The position numbers were made by a program, and so were the translations under genes. A DNA stretch of 44,037 nt from an uncultured Bacilli bacterium. Lineage in GTDB: Bacteria > Bacillota_I > Bacilli_A > RF39 > UBA660. The stretch covers positions 1 to 44,037 of the forward strand of contig CALVSR010000003.1 of NCBI GenBank assembly GCA_944359075.1, in the 5' to 3' direction. This document shows positions 1 through 10,058 of the stretch, one piece after another. Each line of letters starts with the position of its first letter. The first letter of the stretch is position 1. The notes under the pieces were generated by a model. It was not told the origin of the DNA. It saw only the letters and a program-made list of their open reading frames with translations, and made no database searches.

Positions 1-95
1 GGGAATCATTATATGGAGAATTAAAAAATGGAACTTATAGACTGGTAAAAGAAATAAATGAAAAAAGAATAGCAGTGGAATTTACTATAGATTAA
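1..95 (+). CDS. 3' end of a gene truncated by the window edge; bacterial Ig-like domain protein
   Basis: Frame 3 reads ESLYGELKNGTYRLVKEINEKRIAVEFTID* (TAA 93-95). YGELxxGxYRLVK...EFTI resembles the C-terminus of Firmicute Ig-like domains. Confidence 0.55.
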   Translation, partial: ESLYGELKNGTYRLVKEINEKRIAVEFTID

Positions 96-241
96 AAATT
101 TTTGTAAGTATTTATTTCATAATTTGTATATTTAAAAATAGATTTTTCTCTTTAGGTACAGTTCTAAAAGCTCTAACAATATTTACATTTCGCTAAACCT
201 GTGATAATATATTATATATAATAAGAAGGAGTTAAATAAAT

Positions 242-574
242 ATGGAAAACAATAACACAAATATGGCACCAGAAGCAACCAATACTAACAATGTTGAAAA
301 GCCTAAAAAAAAGAAAAAAAGAACCGGCAAAATTGTTTTTAATATCATTACAGCCATTTTATTCATTATCATTATCTTAGAAGCTGCTATTGGAATTATC
401 AATATGCAACGAATTAGTAACAAAGAAGAACCTATCTGGTATTTAGATGTCAAAACAACTGAAAACGAATTAAAAACTGTTACAGAATATAACTTGGGTT
501 TATATAAAATTGTCAAAACGGATACTTCTAAAGAAACCAAAATCACTTTAAAACCATTTTTTCTAAATGATTAG
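242..574 (+). CDS. Hypothetical single-pass membrane protein
   Basis: 110 aa; SD AAGGAG upstream; Lys-rich stretch followed by one hydrophobic helix. Confidence 0.75.
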   Translation: MENNNTNMAPEATNTNNVEKPKKKKKRTGKIVFNIITAILFIIIILEAAIGIINMQRISNKEEPIWYLDVKTTENELKTVTEYNLGLYKIVKTDTSKETKITLKPFFLND

Positions 575-588
575 AAAGGAAAAGTAAT

Positions 589-1002
589 ATGAAAGATAAA
601 ATTTTAAAAAATAAAAAAAATTTATTCATCATAGGAGGAGTAATTCTTCTAGCAATTATCCTAATCATTGTTTTGTTTTTCTTTGTTTTTAGAAAAGAAA
701 AAGAAATGAGTATGGAAACACTGGAAGATAAATTGGAAGAAGTAGGAATTGATTTTTATGAGAACTACTATTATTCTAATTTAACGGATGAGCAAAAAGA
801 AGCATTAGTAAACTTTAAAGAGAATGGTCTTCGAATTGATATTACGAATTTAGAGGTATTGGTTCCCATTGAAGAAGATGTTAAAACGCAATTAGAAAAG
901 GATCAATGTGATTTGGATCAAACCAAAATCGCTATTTATCCAAAAGAACCATATGGTCAAAAAGATTATACAATAAGCCTAGAACTATCTTGTGAAAGGT
1001 AG
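589..1002 (+). CDS. Hypothetical membrane-anchored protein
   Basis: 137 aa; SD GAAAGGA; N-terminal TM helix and acidic external domain. Confidence 0.75.
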   Translation: MKDKILKNKKNLFIIGGVILLAIILIIVLFFFVFRKEKEMSMETLEDKLEEVGIDFYENYYYSNLTDEQKEALVNFKENGLRIDITNLEVLVPIEEDVKTQLEKDQCDLDQTKIAIYPKEPYGQKDYTISLELSCER

Positions 1003-1011
1003 TTCTTTTTT
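981..1011 (+). terminator. Rho-independent terminator
   Basis: AGAACTATCTT-gtga-AAGGTAGTTCT hairpin followed by a T run. Confidence 0.65.
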
Positions 1012-1166
1012 AGTTTTCCGTCACAAAATATACAATATGTTTACTATTATGGCAAATTAACGACAAAAAACGACAATCCAAAGCAAAAATGCCCCAAAAT
1101 CATTTTTATCGAATATTATATATCCAATATGTGATAAATAATCACATATTTTTTTGTAGGAGAAAT

Positions 1167-1922
1167 ATGATGGATCAATTAAAAATGGGGAAAATGATTG
1201 CTGAACTTAGAAAAAAACAAAATCTAACACAAGCACAATTAGGAGAAAAATTAAATGTAACAGATAAAACAATATCTAAATGGGAAAGAGGAAATAGAAC
1301 ACCAGATATTTCGATATTAAATGATTTAAGTAGGATTTTAAAAATTACCACGACTGAATTATTGGATAGTGAACAAATGGAAACACCCGCATTAAAAAGA
1401 TTGTTTCTGGATCATAGCAGTGAAACACAATATTTTAAAGATGTCAGTGAAGCACTATTATTATTTTTAAATAATCATTATGAAAACTGCTATGTTTATT
1501 TTATTCAAAGTCAAGATCATAATTATTATATCAATGGGTTAATTATCCATTCTAATGAAAAAGAGTTTATTAACATTCATTCGATTGAGAAACTTTCAAA
1601 TGATTCTATGAATTTAGAATCTGCATACACTTATGAATATTCCTTAAACATACAAAGTAATAGTATTTATAAACTGGGTAATATCTCGTTATATCAGCAT
1701 CATCATAATAAAGTTGCCATTCCTATCAGTGACATTTTAAGTGAAATTAAAATATACGTAGCAATAGACACAAAAGAAAATTATACTTTAGTAGAAAAAC
1801 CAAATCTTACCATAAAATATATCAATCAAGAATTCCAAGAAAAGGATATACAGATTCCTTTACTTACTCAGGAAATTTTTGCAAACCATAAAGTTACCTA
1901 TAAAGATACAACATATTTTTAG
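1167..1922 (+). CDS. XRE-family HTH transcriptional regulator with C-terminal domain of unknown function
   Basis: IAELRKKQNLTQAQLGEKLNVTDKTISKWERG is a classic XRE HTH. SD AGGAG at 1158-1162 favours ATG 1167/1170 over the ORF-track start at 1089. Confidence 0.85.
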   Translation: MMDQLKMGKMIAELRKKQNLTQAQLGEKLNVTDKTISKWERGNRTPDISILNDLSRILKITTTELLDSEQMETPALKRLFLDHSSETQYFKDVSEALLLFLNNHYENCYVYFIQSQDHNYYINGLIIHSNEKEFINIHSIEKLSNDSMNLESAYTYEYSLNIQSNSIYKLGNISLYQHHHNKVAIPISDILSEIKIYVAIDTKENYTLVEKPNLTIKYINQEFQEKDIQIPLLTQEIFANHKVTYKDTTYF

Positions 1923-1947
1923 AATGATTTCTTATCATTCTTTTTTT
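1921..1947 (+). terminator. Rho-independent terminator
   Basis: AGAATGAT-ttctt-ATCATTCT followed by a T run. Confidence 0.6.
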
Positions 1948-1957
1948 AATGACAGAA

Positions 1958-2047
1958 TTCGCCAAATTGGCGATAAGACTCGCCAAATTGAGTGTGTTAT
2001 TTAGAATTTAGTTTTGTTATTCTCAAGATGTAAGGATGATCCTTACA
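1958..2047 (+). promoter_or_regulatory. Putative regulatory region of the toxin operon
   Basis: TCGCCAAATTG direct repeat at 1959-1969 and 1980-1990 (21-bp period); palindrome TCGCCA-AAT-TGGCGA; extended -10-like TGtTATTCT at 2015-2023; palindrome TGTAAGGA-TGA-TCCTTACA at 2029-2047. Confidence 0.45.
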
Positions 2048-2179
2048 AAAAATAGGAAAGGGGAGGAATGAGGATGACATAGCGCTCAAAGTACAAGCAA
2101 AGGGTTCATAAGAATAGAGATTGAATCACTGCGATATTAAGAAGTATAAAATAAATATTTAGAAAGAAGGGAAAACAAT

Positions 2180-2827
2180 ATGAATAATTATGATTATATA
2201 ATTAATTCTTTTACAAAAGAAGAAAATGACATTGATTTAGAAGTAGATAATTTAAATGTGGGATGTATCACATCAAAAAATAATAATTTTAATTTAGATA
2301 GTGAAGGAAACTTAACTGTAAAAAGTGTTACAGCACAACAAGGAACATTATCACAGGAAATTATTAGAAATTTAGTTTATCCAGTAGGTTCTATTTATAT
2401 GAATATTAATGCTACCAATCCAGCAACATTATTTGGTGGAACTTGGGAGCAATTACCAGACAGATTTTTATTAGGAGCTGGAAATAGTTATGCAGGAGGA
2501 AGCATTGGAGGAGAGGCAACACATACATTGACGGAAGCAGAAATACCATGGCATTATCATTCATTCAGCGGGACTACAGATGGCAATGGTAATCATTCTC
2601 ATACTGGTAATACATTAGAACTACGTCAAACTAGTTCATATAGCTATAGCAACGATGCTGCAAGGCCAATTACAAGTAGTGCTACTCATTATGGATTACA
2701 AATCACAAATGATGCAGGATGGCATCAACATACATATAGTGGAAATACAGTAGGCGCAGGAGGAAGTCAAGCTCACAATAATATGCCACCATACTTAGCA
2801 GTTTACATTTGGAAACGCACGGCTTAA
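2180..2827 (+). CDS. Phage baseplate/tail-fibre-tip-like protein (T4 gp10/gp12 C-terminal-like)
   Basis: YPVGSIYM...NPATLFGGTWEQL...GGEATHTLT...HxH repeats (HYH, HSH, HQH)...HNNMPPYLAVYIWKRTA are hallmark motifs of phage baseplate/tail-fibre collar and tip proteins. Confidence 0.8.
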   Translation: MNNYDYIINSFTKEENDIDLEVDNLNVGCITSKNNNFNLDSEGNLTVKSVTAQQGTLSQEIIRNLVYPVGSIYMNINATNPATLFGGTWEQLPDRFLLGAGNSYAGGSIGGEATHTLTEAEIPWHYHSFSGTTDGNGNHSHTGNTLELRQTSSYSYSNDAARPITSSATHYGLQITNDAGWHQHTYSGNTVGAGGSQAHNNMPPYLAVYIWKRTA

Positions 2828-2864
2828 GCTTACTCATAAAAACATAAAAAAGGAGAGTGAAACA

Positions 2865-5800
2865 GTGAAGGAAATAGAATTAATTGAAAAAAGAAAAGCT
2901 AATGAAAAACATTTTCTTCAAGAAGATGGAACTATTACTGCAAAGGTATATAGTAGTAATATTCATTATTTAAAAAATGGTAAATATGAAGATATTGATA
3001 ATACTTTAATAAAAAAAGATGATTGTTATATTAATAAAAACAATGATTATAAAGTGTTTTTTAAAGAACAAGGTAAAGATTCCTTAATGAGAATGGAAAG
3101 AGAAAATAACTATTTAGATATTAAGTTAAAACAAGGAAATGCAACTAAGCTAAAGAAACATCAAAAAACATCTCAATATGTAGAAGAAGTCTCATATCAT
3201 AATGCATTAAATGGAATAGATATTAAATATCAAACACTACCAACTAAAGTTAAAGAAACGATAATTTTAAATAATAATCAAACCAAAACAATAAAATTTA
3301 TTGTTGATACTAATTTATCTTTGGAATTAAAGGATAATACTATTATTGCCAAGGACCAAGATGAAAATGTATTCACAATTGAAAAGCCTTATATGGAGGA
3401 TTCAAATGGTGTTATTAATGAGAATATATCATATCAAATCACTAACAGCGACAATTTATATGAAATAGAACTAACACTAGATTCAGAGTGGTTGGACTCT
3501 GAAGAAAGACTATATCCTGTTTATGTTGATCCAACTATATCCGATGATAAAACTGCTAGTGGTATTATGGATACTTATATTTATCCAAATGATACGAATA
3601 CAGTTAGATATAATCAACCCATATTAAAAGCTGGTGTAGAAAGAGTTAACGGTGAAAATGTAATCAATAGAGCTTTAATTAAATTTAATCTCCCAACAAT
3701 TGGAACAGGTAGTGAGGTTATTAACGCCACTTTAACATTGTGCGGTTATCTTATGGACGACATGACTGGAACACAACAGTTTGGAAAAACAATAGCCATT
3801 CATAGAGTTACTGTGCCATGGACAGAAGAGACTGCCAACTGGGAAAATATGAATAATAATTATGATACAAGAATAGATGCCGTACAATTTGTAAATAGAA
3901 GTTGGTTAGAAAATGGCCAAATTATACCTCAATATAGTAGCGCCCTTTATGGGGATGTAACCGATTTGGTTAAACATTGGTATAAAGATACCCCTAACTA
4001 TGGAATCCTTATTAAATCAGCCAAAGAAGAATATATTGATGATGCTTATCCTGCATTTTATTCAAAAAATCATACAATACAAAATGCAAATCCGGAACCT
4101 GTTCTAAGTATTTCATATAGGAACCAAAGCGGGTTAGAATCTTATTATGATTATCAATCCCAGCAATTGACAGATGGAACAATATCAGTAAATACATATA
4201 ATGGAAATTTAGTTGGGGTATTTAATTTAGGGAAAACCATAGGTAGTCAATTGCCTGCAATTTTAAATCTCATTTATAACACAAATGATGTAATATTAAA
4301 AAATAATGGTTTTAGATTTAGTTTGAGTCAAACTTTAAAAGAAATTACTATAGATAATACACAAATCTATGAGTACATTGATGGAGATGGCACTGTTCAT
4401 TGTTTCAAAGACCAAACATTCCGTGTTTTAAAACCAGGTGTAACTCCCCCAACAGTGGAAGAAATTCTGGATGAAAATTATAACGAAGATGATTATTATG
4501 AAACAAGGGAATATTGTGCTGATGAAGATGGTTTATTACTTAAATTAGAACAAGTAGATAACAAATTTATTATTAAAGATAAATATGATAATAAAATGAC
4601 TTTCTCTAAAAATAATACAACAGACGAATTATATTATTTACAAGAATTAGAAGACATTTCTAATAATAAAATTCAAATAAATTATAATCAAAGCAATCAA
4701 CTTGTAAAAGTAATTGATTCTAGCAATCATGAAATTAATATAGATTATAATACAGCTAATGTAATTAAGGTAAGTAGTCCATCTTCAGAAACTACGATTG
4801 GATTTAGTAACAATAAAATTAATGTTATTACTACGAATAATGGTACGACTTCTCTTAATTACAATGAAAAAGATATTATTTCATCTATTATAGATGTGAA
4901 CGGTACTAAAATAGCTTATGAATATTATGATGAGATTCCTTATCGTATCAAAAAAGTAATACAGTATGGATTGAATGATACACTAGGACAATCTTTAATT
5001 TTCAAATACGGATTTAATGAAACTAGTATTACAGATAACAAAAATAGAACCAATACAATATTATTTAATTCTAGTGGAAATAAAATATCAAGTAATACAA
5101 TGGATACGGAAGAGGATATTAACAACGCATATTCTACTTATGACTCTATTGGAGAAAACAATAGTGATCGCTATTATGAAAAAAATAAGACATTATATTC
5201 TAATTGTATAGTTAAATATGTAAAAAATTATCTAAAAAATACAAGTTTTGAAGCAGATACAAATGATTATAATATTTCTAACATTGGTGGGGTAGAAACT
5301 AGCTATTCAACTGACTGTGCAAATTCCGGAACTAGAAGTTTAAAAGTAGCTACAACTAATAATTATAGTACTGTAACATTAGCAAGTAATATGAATATCT
5401 TAACTGGTAAATATTATACATTCAGTGGTTATTTTAAAAATGAACAAAAAGGAAAAATTATAGTTAGTTATACAGATAAACAAGATGGAAAAGAATATGA
5501 ATTTGTTGAGGAATTTAATGAATCATCCCAATTTGAAAGGCATGATATTACTTTCTGCATTAATGCTGATGAACCTGAAGATGTTGTCCTTTATGTCCAA
5601 CTTTTAGGACCTGGGACTTGTTACATCGATGACATCCAATTAGAAGATGGTCAAGTAGCAAATAATTATAATATGGTAGAAAACTCTGATTTCTCAGAAG
5701 GACTAAGTGATTGGTCATTTACTCCAATTGATTCTTCTAAAACGGATACTTATCAGCTATTTACATTTAATAACAATAAAAGTACAGCATTGAAAATTGA

Positions 5801-8800
5801 TTTGAGTAATTCCACAAAAGTAAGTAAGAAAATACCGATTAATGGTATAGCTGGTGATTGCTATGATATATCGTTCTGGATTAAAAATGAGGGAATAGTA
5901 GCAAATAATGGAATTATAGTAAACTGTGTTAATATATCATATGAACCAGTGGATGAAAACATGGAACAATATTGGGTAGTTAGCAATCCATTTGTACCTA
6001 ATAAAAGATGGCAATTTATAAATTATAAAAGTATAGCTCCATATAATTATAAATCTATTACTATAAGTTTTGAACATAATAATGAATTTAATCAGATGTC
6101 TATTACTAATATATATTTCTATAAAGATTTAGACACTACATATTATGAATACGATACTTATGGTAATTTAGTTCGTACTACTAATATTGCAGATTACAAT
6201 AATACATTTTCATATGATAAAAATAACCAATTGATTTCCGCAACAACGCCTAGGGGAAAACATTTCAAATTTGAATATGATAATACAGCAACTGATCGTG
6301 TTCTTAATGCTATATCCTCTATGGGAATTTCTAATCAAGTTAAATATGATTCCTTTGGTAATCCTATTTTGACTAGAATTAGTAAGAAAGCAAATTCTAG
6401 TCCAACAAATCTTTATCCAGTGGTTGATTCCAATTCAACAACGAGTTCTAGTTTGACAGAAGGTACATATAGAATTAGAAGTAAAGGTACTGAAAAATAC
6501 TTTAAGGCTGAATATAGCAGTGTATTTTTGGAAAGTGATTCCTGTAGTAATACCTTATGGGATTTAGAAAAGGTTGGAGATAAATTTAAATTTATTTATT
6601 CTGTTATTCCTACATATTCATTAGAATATTTAGATGATATATTGTTTCTAAGTACTAGTAACAGCAATAATTTATTTATCTTAGAAGAAAATAAAAATGG
6701 TAGTTATCATATTAAATTAGCAACAGAAGATAAGTATATAAAGGCAGATACTTCTTCATTAGCAGCAGCTTCTCTAATAGATGATGATCCTACTTTTGAA
6801 TTTTATTTTGAAGTAATAGGAGAACAGTTTATAGAAAATAGTGCTACTTACAGTGAAGATGGTAGATTTGTTACTAGTGTTACAGATAGTCTATTAAATA
6901 CAACTTCCTATACAACTAACTCTACAACTGGATTAGTAACTTCTATGACAAATGCTAATAATCAAGCCACTAATTATACATATAATAGTAAAAATCAAAT
7001 TACATCCATTACTCAAGGGAATAAAACTATAAATTATACATATAATACACAAAATCTATTAAGTAAAATTTCCCAAGGAACCAAAGAATATAATTTTACT
7101 TATGATGACTTCTTGAATGCAAAGAAAGTAATGATTGGAGACAATATTACACTAATAACCAATGAGTATGAAGAAAACAATGGTAATCTATTAAAATCAA
7201 TCTATGGAAATAATCACGAAATCTCTTTTGATTATGATCAGTTTGACCGAGTTCAAACAATTCATAAAATGGATAAAGATTATCAATATTTATATGACAG
7301 TAATGGAAATTTAGCTGAAATTTTAACAAACAACATCATTTCTACTTTTGATGCTCCATCAACAGAATTAGAAAAATGGTATGATTCTATTATAAAATAT
7401 AATTATGATACTATTAAAAGAATAAAAGAATATGTTAATGATAATTTTAAAATCCATTATACATATGACAAAAATGATAATGTAACAAGTAAACAATATA
7501 AACTGGATACTACTACTCACAATTTAGTAAATACATATGACAAAGATGATAATTTAACAAAAACAGTAGTAGATAACCAAGAAGTAAATTATCAATACGA
7601 TGAATTGGGTAGATTAATCAGTAAAAATATCAATGATAATTATACTACAAATTATGATTATATTTCACTTGGAAAAAGAACATCAACTTTAGTAAATAGT
7701 ATTCAGAATGGAAATAATAGATATTCTTACCAATATGATAAATTAAATAATATTACTCATCTTTACTATAATGGTGAACTTCAAAAACAATACTATTATG
7801 ATGATTACAATGAACTAATAAAAGAAGAGGATTACAATACTAATCAAAAAATAGAGTATAATTATGACAATTTTGGTAATTTATTAACAAAAACTACCAC
7901 AGATATGACAACAAATGCTATAATAAAGACAGATACTTATCAGTATTCTAATAGTAATTGGGAAGACCAACTAACAAACTTTAATGGAAGTAGTATTACA
8001 TATGATGCCATTGGAAACCCATTAACGATTGGAAATAGTATCGAGATGACTTGGATCAATGGTAGAAGTTTAAGTACCTATGAAGATACTACCAAGAACT
8101 TGAATATCAGTTATGAGTACAATGTAGATGGTATTAGAACAGCAAAGATAGTAAATCAAGTAGAAACTAAGTATTACCTAGAAAATAGTAATATTATCTA
8201 TGAACAAAGAGGAAACAACTTAATCTATTATCTATATGATTTAACAGGGTTAATAGGGTTAAAATACAATGATAATACTTATTATTACATTAAGAATCTA
8301 CAAGGAGATATTATAGGAGTACTAGATTCTAATTACAATCAAGTAGTATCTTATGAATACGATAGTTGGGGTAAAGTATTAAGTATTAAAGATAATCAAG
8401 GTAATGAAATTACAGATACAACCAATATCGGTATCATCAATCCATTTAGATATAGAGAATACTATTATGATACAGAAACTAGCTTATATTACTTAAATAG
8501 TAGGTACTATAATCCTGAATGGGGTAGATTTTTGAATGCGGATGGTATTTTGGGTGCTAATATGGATATATTAGGGTATAATTTATATGCCTATGTTAAT
8601 AATAATCCAATTACCATGAGCGATTTAAGTGGTAATTTTGCAATTTCTGCTTCCTTCGCTATTGCAGGAATAGTTGCTACTGCGATCGTAGCAGCGGCGG
8701 CAGCAGCTGTACCATCGATAATGAGAGCTGCTGTTCAGGCAACTGCAGATATTATCCAGCAAGTACAAATTCATAATGCGGAAAAGAGTAAAAAGAATCA

Positions 8801-9149
8801 AAATAAACCAGAAAACAATAATCACAACGTATATGTTCTTAAAGATAAAACTACTGGAAATATAGAGTATGTTGGAAGAACTCAAGATATTGGTAAAACA
8901 ACAATTAGACATCATAATAATCCATTTAGAACTGATTTAAGAATAGACCCAATAGCAATAAACATTTCCAGTGATGAAGCTAGAGGATTGGAACAAATGC
9001 TGATTATAAATTGTAGAACACTTAATAGAAATTCAGACTTTCCAATGAACAATCAAATTAATGGAATCTCACTAAAAAATCCAAAATATGCATTATATTG
9101 GGATGCAGCATTAACTTGGGCTTCAGAAAATGAATTACCATGTAAGTAA
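2865..9149 (+). CDS. WapA-like Rhs/YD-repeat polymorphic toxin with GIY-YIG-like nuclease tip
   Basis: 2094 aa, SD AAGGAG and GTG start. DNRLRE-like domain (DTYI...NRALIKFNL), two CBM-like domains (NYLKNTSFE; NMVENSDFS), ricin-like insert, many YD repeats, and Rhs core (PFRYREYYYD...YYLNSRYYNPEWGRF...NLYAYVNNNP..DLSG). A hydrophobic helix precedes the tip VYVLKD...EYVGRT...R...EARGLEQ...NQIN. Confidence 0.92.
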   Translation: MKEIELIEKRKANEKHFLQEDGTITAKVYSSNIHYLKNGKYEDIDNTLIKKDDCYINKNNDYKVFFKEQGKDSLMRMERENNYLDIKLKQGNATKLKKHQKTSQYVEEVSYHNALNGIDIKYQTLPTKVKETIILNNNQTKTIKFIVDTNLSLELKDNTIIAKDQDENVFTIEKPYMEDSNGVINENISYQITNSDNLYEIELTLDSEWLDSEERLYPVYVDPTISDDKTASGIMDTYIYPNDTNTVRYNQPILKAGVERVNGENVINRALIKFNLPTIGTGSEVINATLTLCGYLMDDMTGTQQFGKTIAIHRVTVPWTEETANWENMNNNYDTRIDAVQFVNRSWLENGQIIPQYSSALYGDVTDLVKHWYKDTPNYGILIKSAKEEYIDDAYPAFYSKNHTIQNANPEPVLSISYRNQSGLESYYDYQSQQLTDGTISVNTYNGNLVGVFNLGKTIGSQLPAILNLIYNTNDVILKNNGFRFSLSQTLKEITIDNTQIYEYIDGDGTVHCFKDQTFRVLKPGVTPPTVEEILDENYNEDDYYETREYCADEDGLLLKLEQVDNKFIIKDKYDNKMTFSKNNTTDELYYLQELEDISNNKIQINYNQSNQLVKVIDSSNHEINIDYNTANVIKVSSPSSETTIGFSNNKINVITTNNGTTSLNYNEKDIISSIIDVNGTKIAYEYYDEIPYRIKKVIQYGLNDTLGQSLIFKYGFNETSITDNKNRTNTILFNSSGNKISSNTMDTEEDINNAYSTYDSIGENNSDRYYEKNKTLYSNCIVKYVKNYLKNTSFEADTNDYNISNIGGVETSYSTDCANSGTRSLKVATTNNYSTVTLASNMNILTGKYYTFSGYFKNEQKGKIIVSYTDKQDGKEYEFVEEFNESSQFERHDITFCINADEPEDVVLYVQLLGPGTCYIDDIQLEDGQVANNYNMVENSDFSEGLSDWSFTPIDSSKTDTYQLFTFNNNKSTALKIDLSNSTKVSKKIPINGIAGDCYDISFWIKNEGIVANNGIIVNCVNISYEPVDENMEQYWVVSNPFVPNKRWQFINYKSIAPYNYKSITISFEHNNEFNQMSITNIYFYKDLDTTYYEYDTYGNLVRTTNIADYNNTFSYDKNNQLISATTPRGKHFKFEYDNTATDRVLNAISSMGISNQVKYDSFGNPILTRISKKANSSPTNLYPVVDSNSTTSSSLTEGTYRIRSKGTEKYFKAEYSSVFLESDSCSNTLWDLEKVGDKFKFIYSVIPTYSLEYLDDILFLSTSNSNNLFILEENKNGSYHIKLATEDKYIKADTSSLAAASLIDDDPTFEFYFEVIGEQFIENSATYSEDGRFVTSVTDSLLNTTSYTTNSTTGLVTSMTNANNQATNYTYNSKNQITSITQGNKTINYTYNTQNLLSKISQGTKEYNFTYDDFLNAKKVMIGDNITLITNEYEENNGNLLKSIYGNNHEISFDYDQFDRVQTIHKMDKDYQYLYDSNGNLAEILTNNIISTFDAPSTELEKWYDSIIKYNYDTIKRIKEYVNDNFKIHYTYDKNDNVTSKQYKLDTTTHNLVNTYDKDDNLTKTVVDNQEVNYQYDELGRLISKNINDNYTTNYDYISLGKRTSTLVNSIQNGNNRYSYQYDKLNNITHLYYNGELQKQYYYDDYNELIKEEDYNTNQKIEYNYDNFGNLLTKTTTDMTTNAIIKTDTYQYSNSNWEDQLTNFNGSSITYDAIGNPLTIGNSIEMTWINGRSLSTYEDTTKNLNISYEYNVDGIRTAKIVNQVETKYYLENSNIIYEQRGNNLIYYLYDLTGLIGLKYNDNTYYYIKNLQGDIIGVLDSNYNQVVSYEYDSWGKVLSIKDNQGNEITDTTNIGIINPFRYREYYYDTETSLYYLNSRYYNPEWGRFLNADGILGANMDILGYNLYAYVNNNPITMSDLSGNFAISASFAIAGIVATAIVAAAAAAVPSIMRAAVQATADIIQQVQIHNAEKSKKNQNKPENNNHNVYVLKDKTTGNIEYVGRTQDIGKTTIRHHNNPFRTDLRIDPIAINISSDEARGLEQMLIINCRTLNRNSDFPMNNQINGISLKNPKYALYWDAALTWASENELPCK
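8128..8531 (+). repeat. Rhs core repeat copy 1 (404 bp, near-identical to 10141-10544)
   Basis: Manual alignment at offset 2013 shows 4 substitutions. Confidence 0.92.
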
Positions 9150-9161
9150 GGAGGAATGAAT

Positions 9162-10037
9162 ATGGGAGCTTGGGGAACAGGCTTATATCAAGATGATGTA
9201 ACATGCGATATTAAAGAAGAATATCTAAATAGACTAAGAATAGGATATACAAATATTGAAGCAACACAAGAAGTAATCGACCATAATATGGATTCTATTG
9301 AAGATGTAGAAGATGGACCACTTTTTTGGTTTGCTTTGGCAGATGTGCAATGGAAATATGGAAGGTTGCTGCCAGAAGTAAAAGAGGAAGCTTTAAAATA
9401 TATTCAAAGTGGCAATGATCTAGAAAGATGGAAAGAAAATAAAAAACAATATGAGAAAAGAAAACAAGTGTTAAAAGAACTTGAAGTAAGGCTTAATTCC
9501 CCTCAGCCACCAGAAAAAAAATTAACAAAGCTTACAATACATAAAGCAACATGGGAAGTTGGTGATGTTTTACTATATCAAATTCATAATGGTGGATTAA
9601 GAAATAATGAAATTGTACGAAACAGTAAGTGGTACAATAAATATGTATTATTACGAGTAGTTGGTATTACTAAGACTAATATTGGCAGTTTGCCTAGAAA
9701 GTATTCCCATGAACAGAATGTAGTAAAAATCTATAATTGGGTTGGTGAATCTGAACCAACTATAGAATTAATAAATAAACTGCAATTTATTATTGGAGAA
9801 AATTTATATAAACGGTTAGAGGAATCTAAATTTACATTAAGTTTTAGTAAAAAAGAACTAAAACAATTAAATTTTAAGACTATTCAAAAAGATCATAATT
9901 ATAAAGAAGTATCGGATCATATTATGAGTATAGTAGGTATACCGTGGGAAAACATTAATACAATTGATCTTGCTTTTATTCAAGCTTTAGATGCCGCAGA
10001 AGAAGAAGGAATTTTAATAGATGAAACTTGTGAGTAA
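9162..10037 (+). CDS. Putative cognate immunity protein (DUF4259-like N-terminus)
   Basis: Directly after the toxin stop with SD AAGGAGG. The MGAWGTGLYQDD N-terminus is typical of DUF4259-like genes found downstream of toxins. Confidence 0.7.
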   Translation: MGAWGTGLYQDDVTCDIKEEYLNRLRIGYTNIEATQEVIDHNMDSIEDVEDGPLFWFALADVQWKYGRLLPEVKEEALKYIQSGNDLERWKENKKQYEKRKQVLKELEVRLNSPQPPEKKLTKLTIHKATWEVGDVLLYQIHNGGLRNNEIVRNSKWYNKYVLLRVVGITKTNIGSLPRKYSHEQNVVKIYNWVGESEPTIELINKLQFIIGENLYKRLEESKFTLSFSKKELKQLNFKTIQKDHNYKEVSDHIMSIVGIPWENINTIDLAFIQALDAAEEEGILIDETCE

Positions 10038-10058
10038 GAGAAATATGAATAGTATGAG

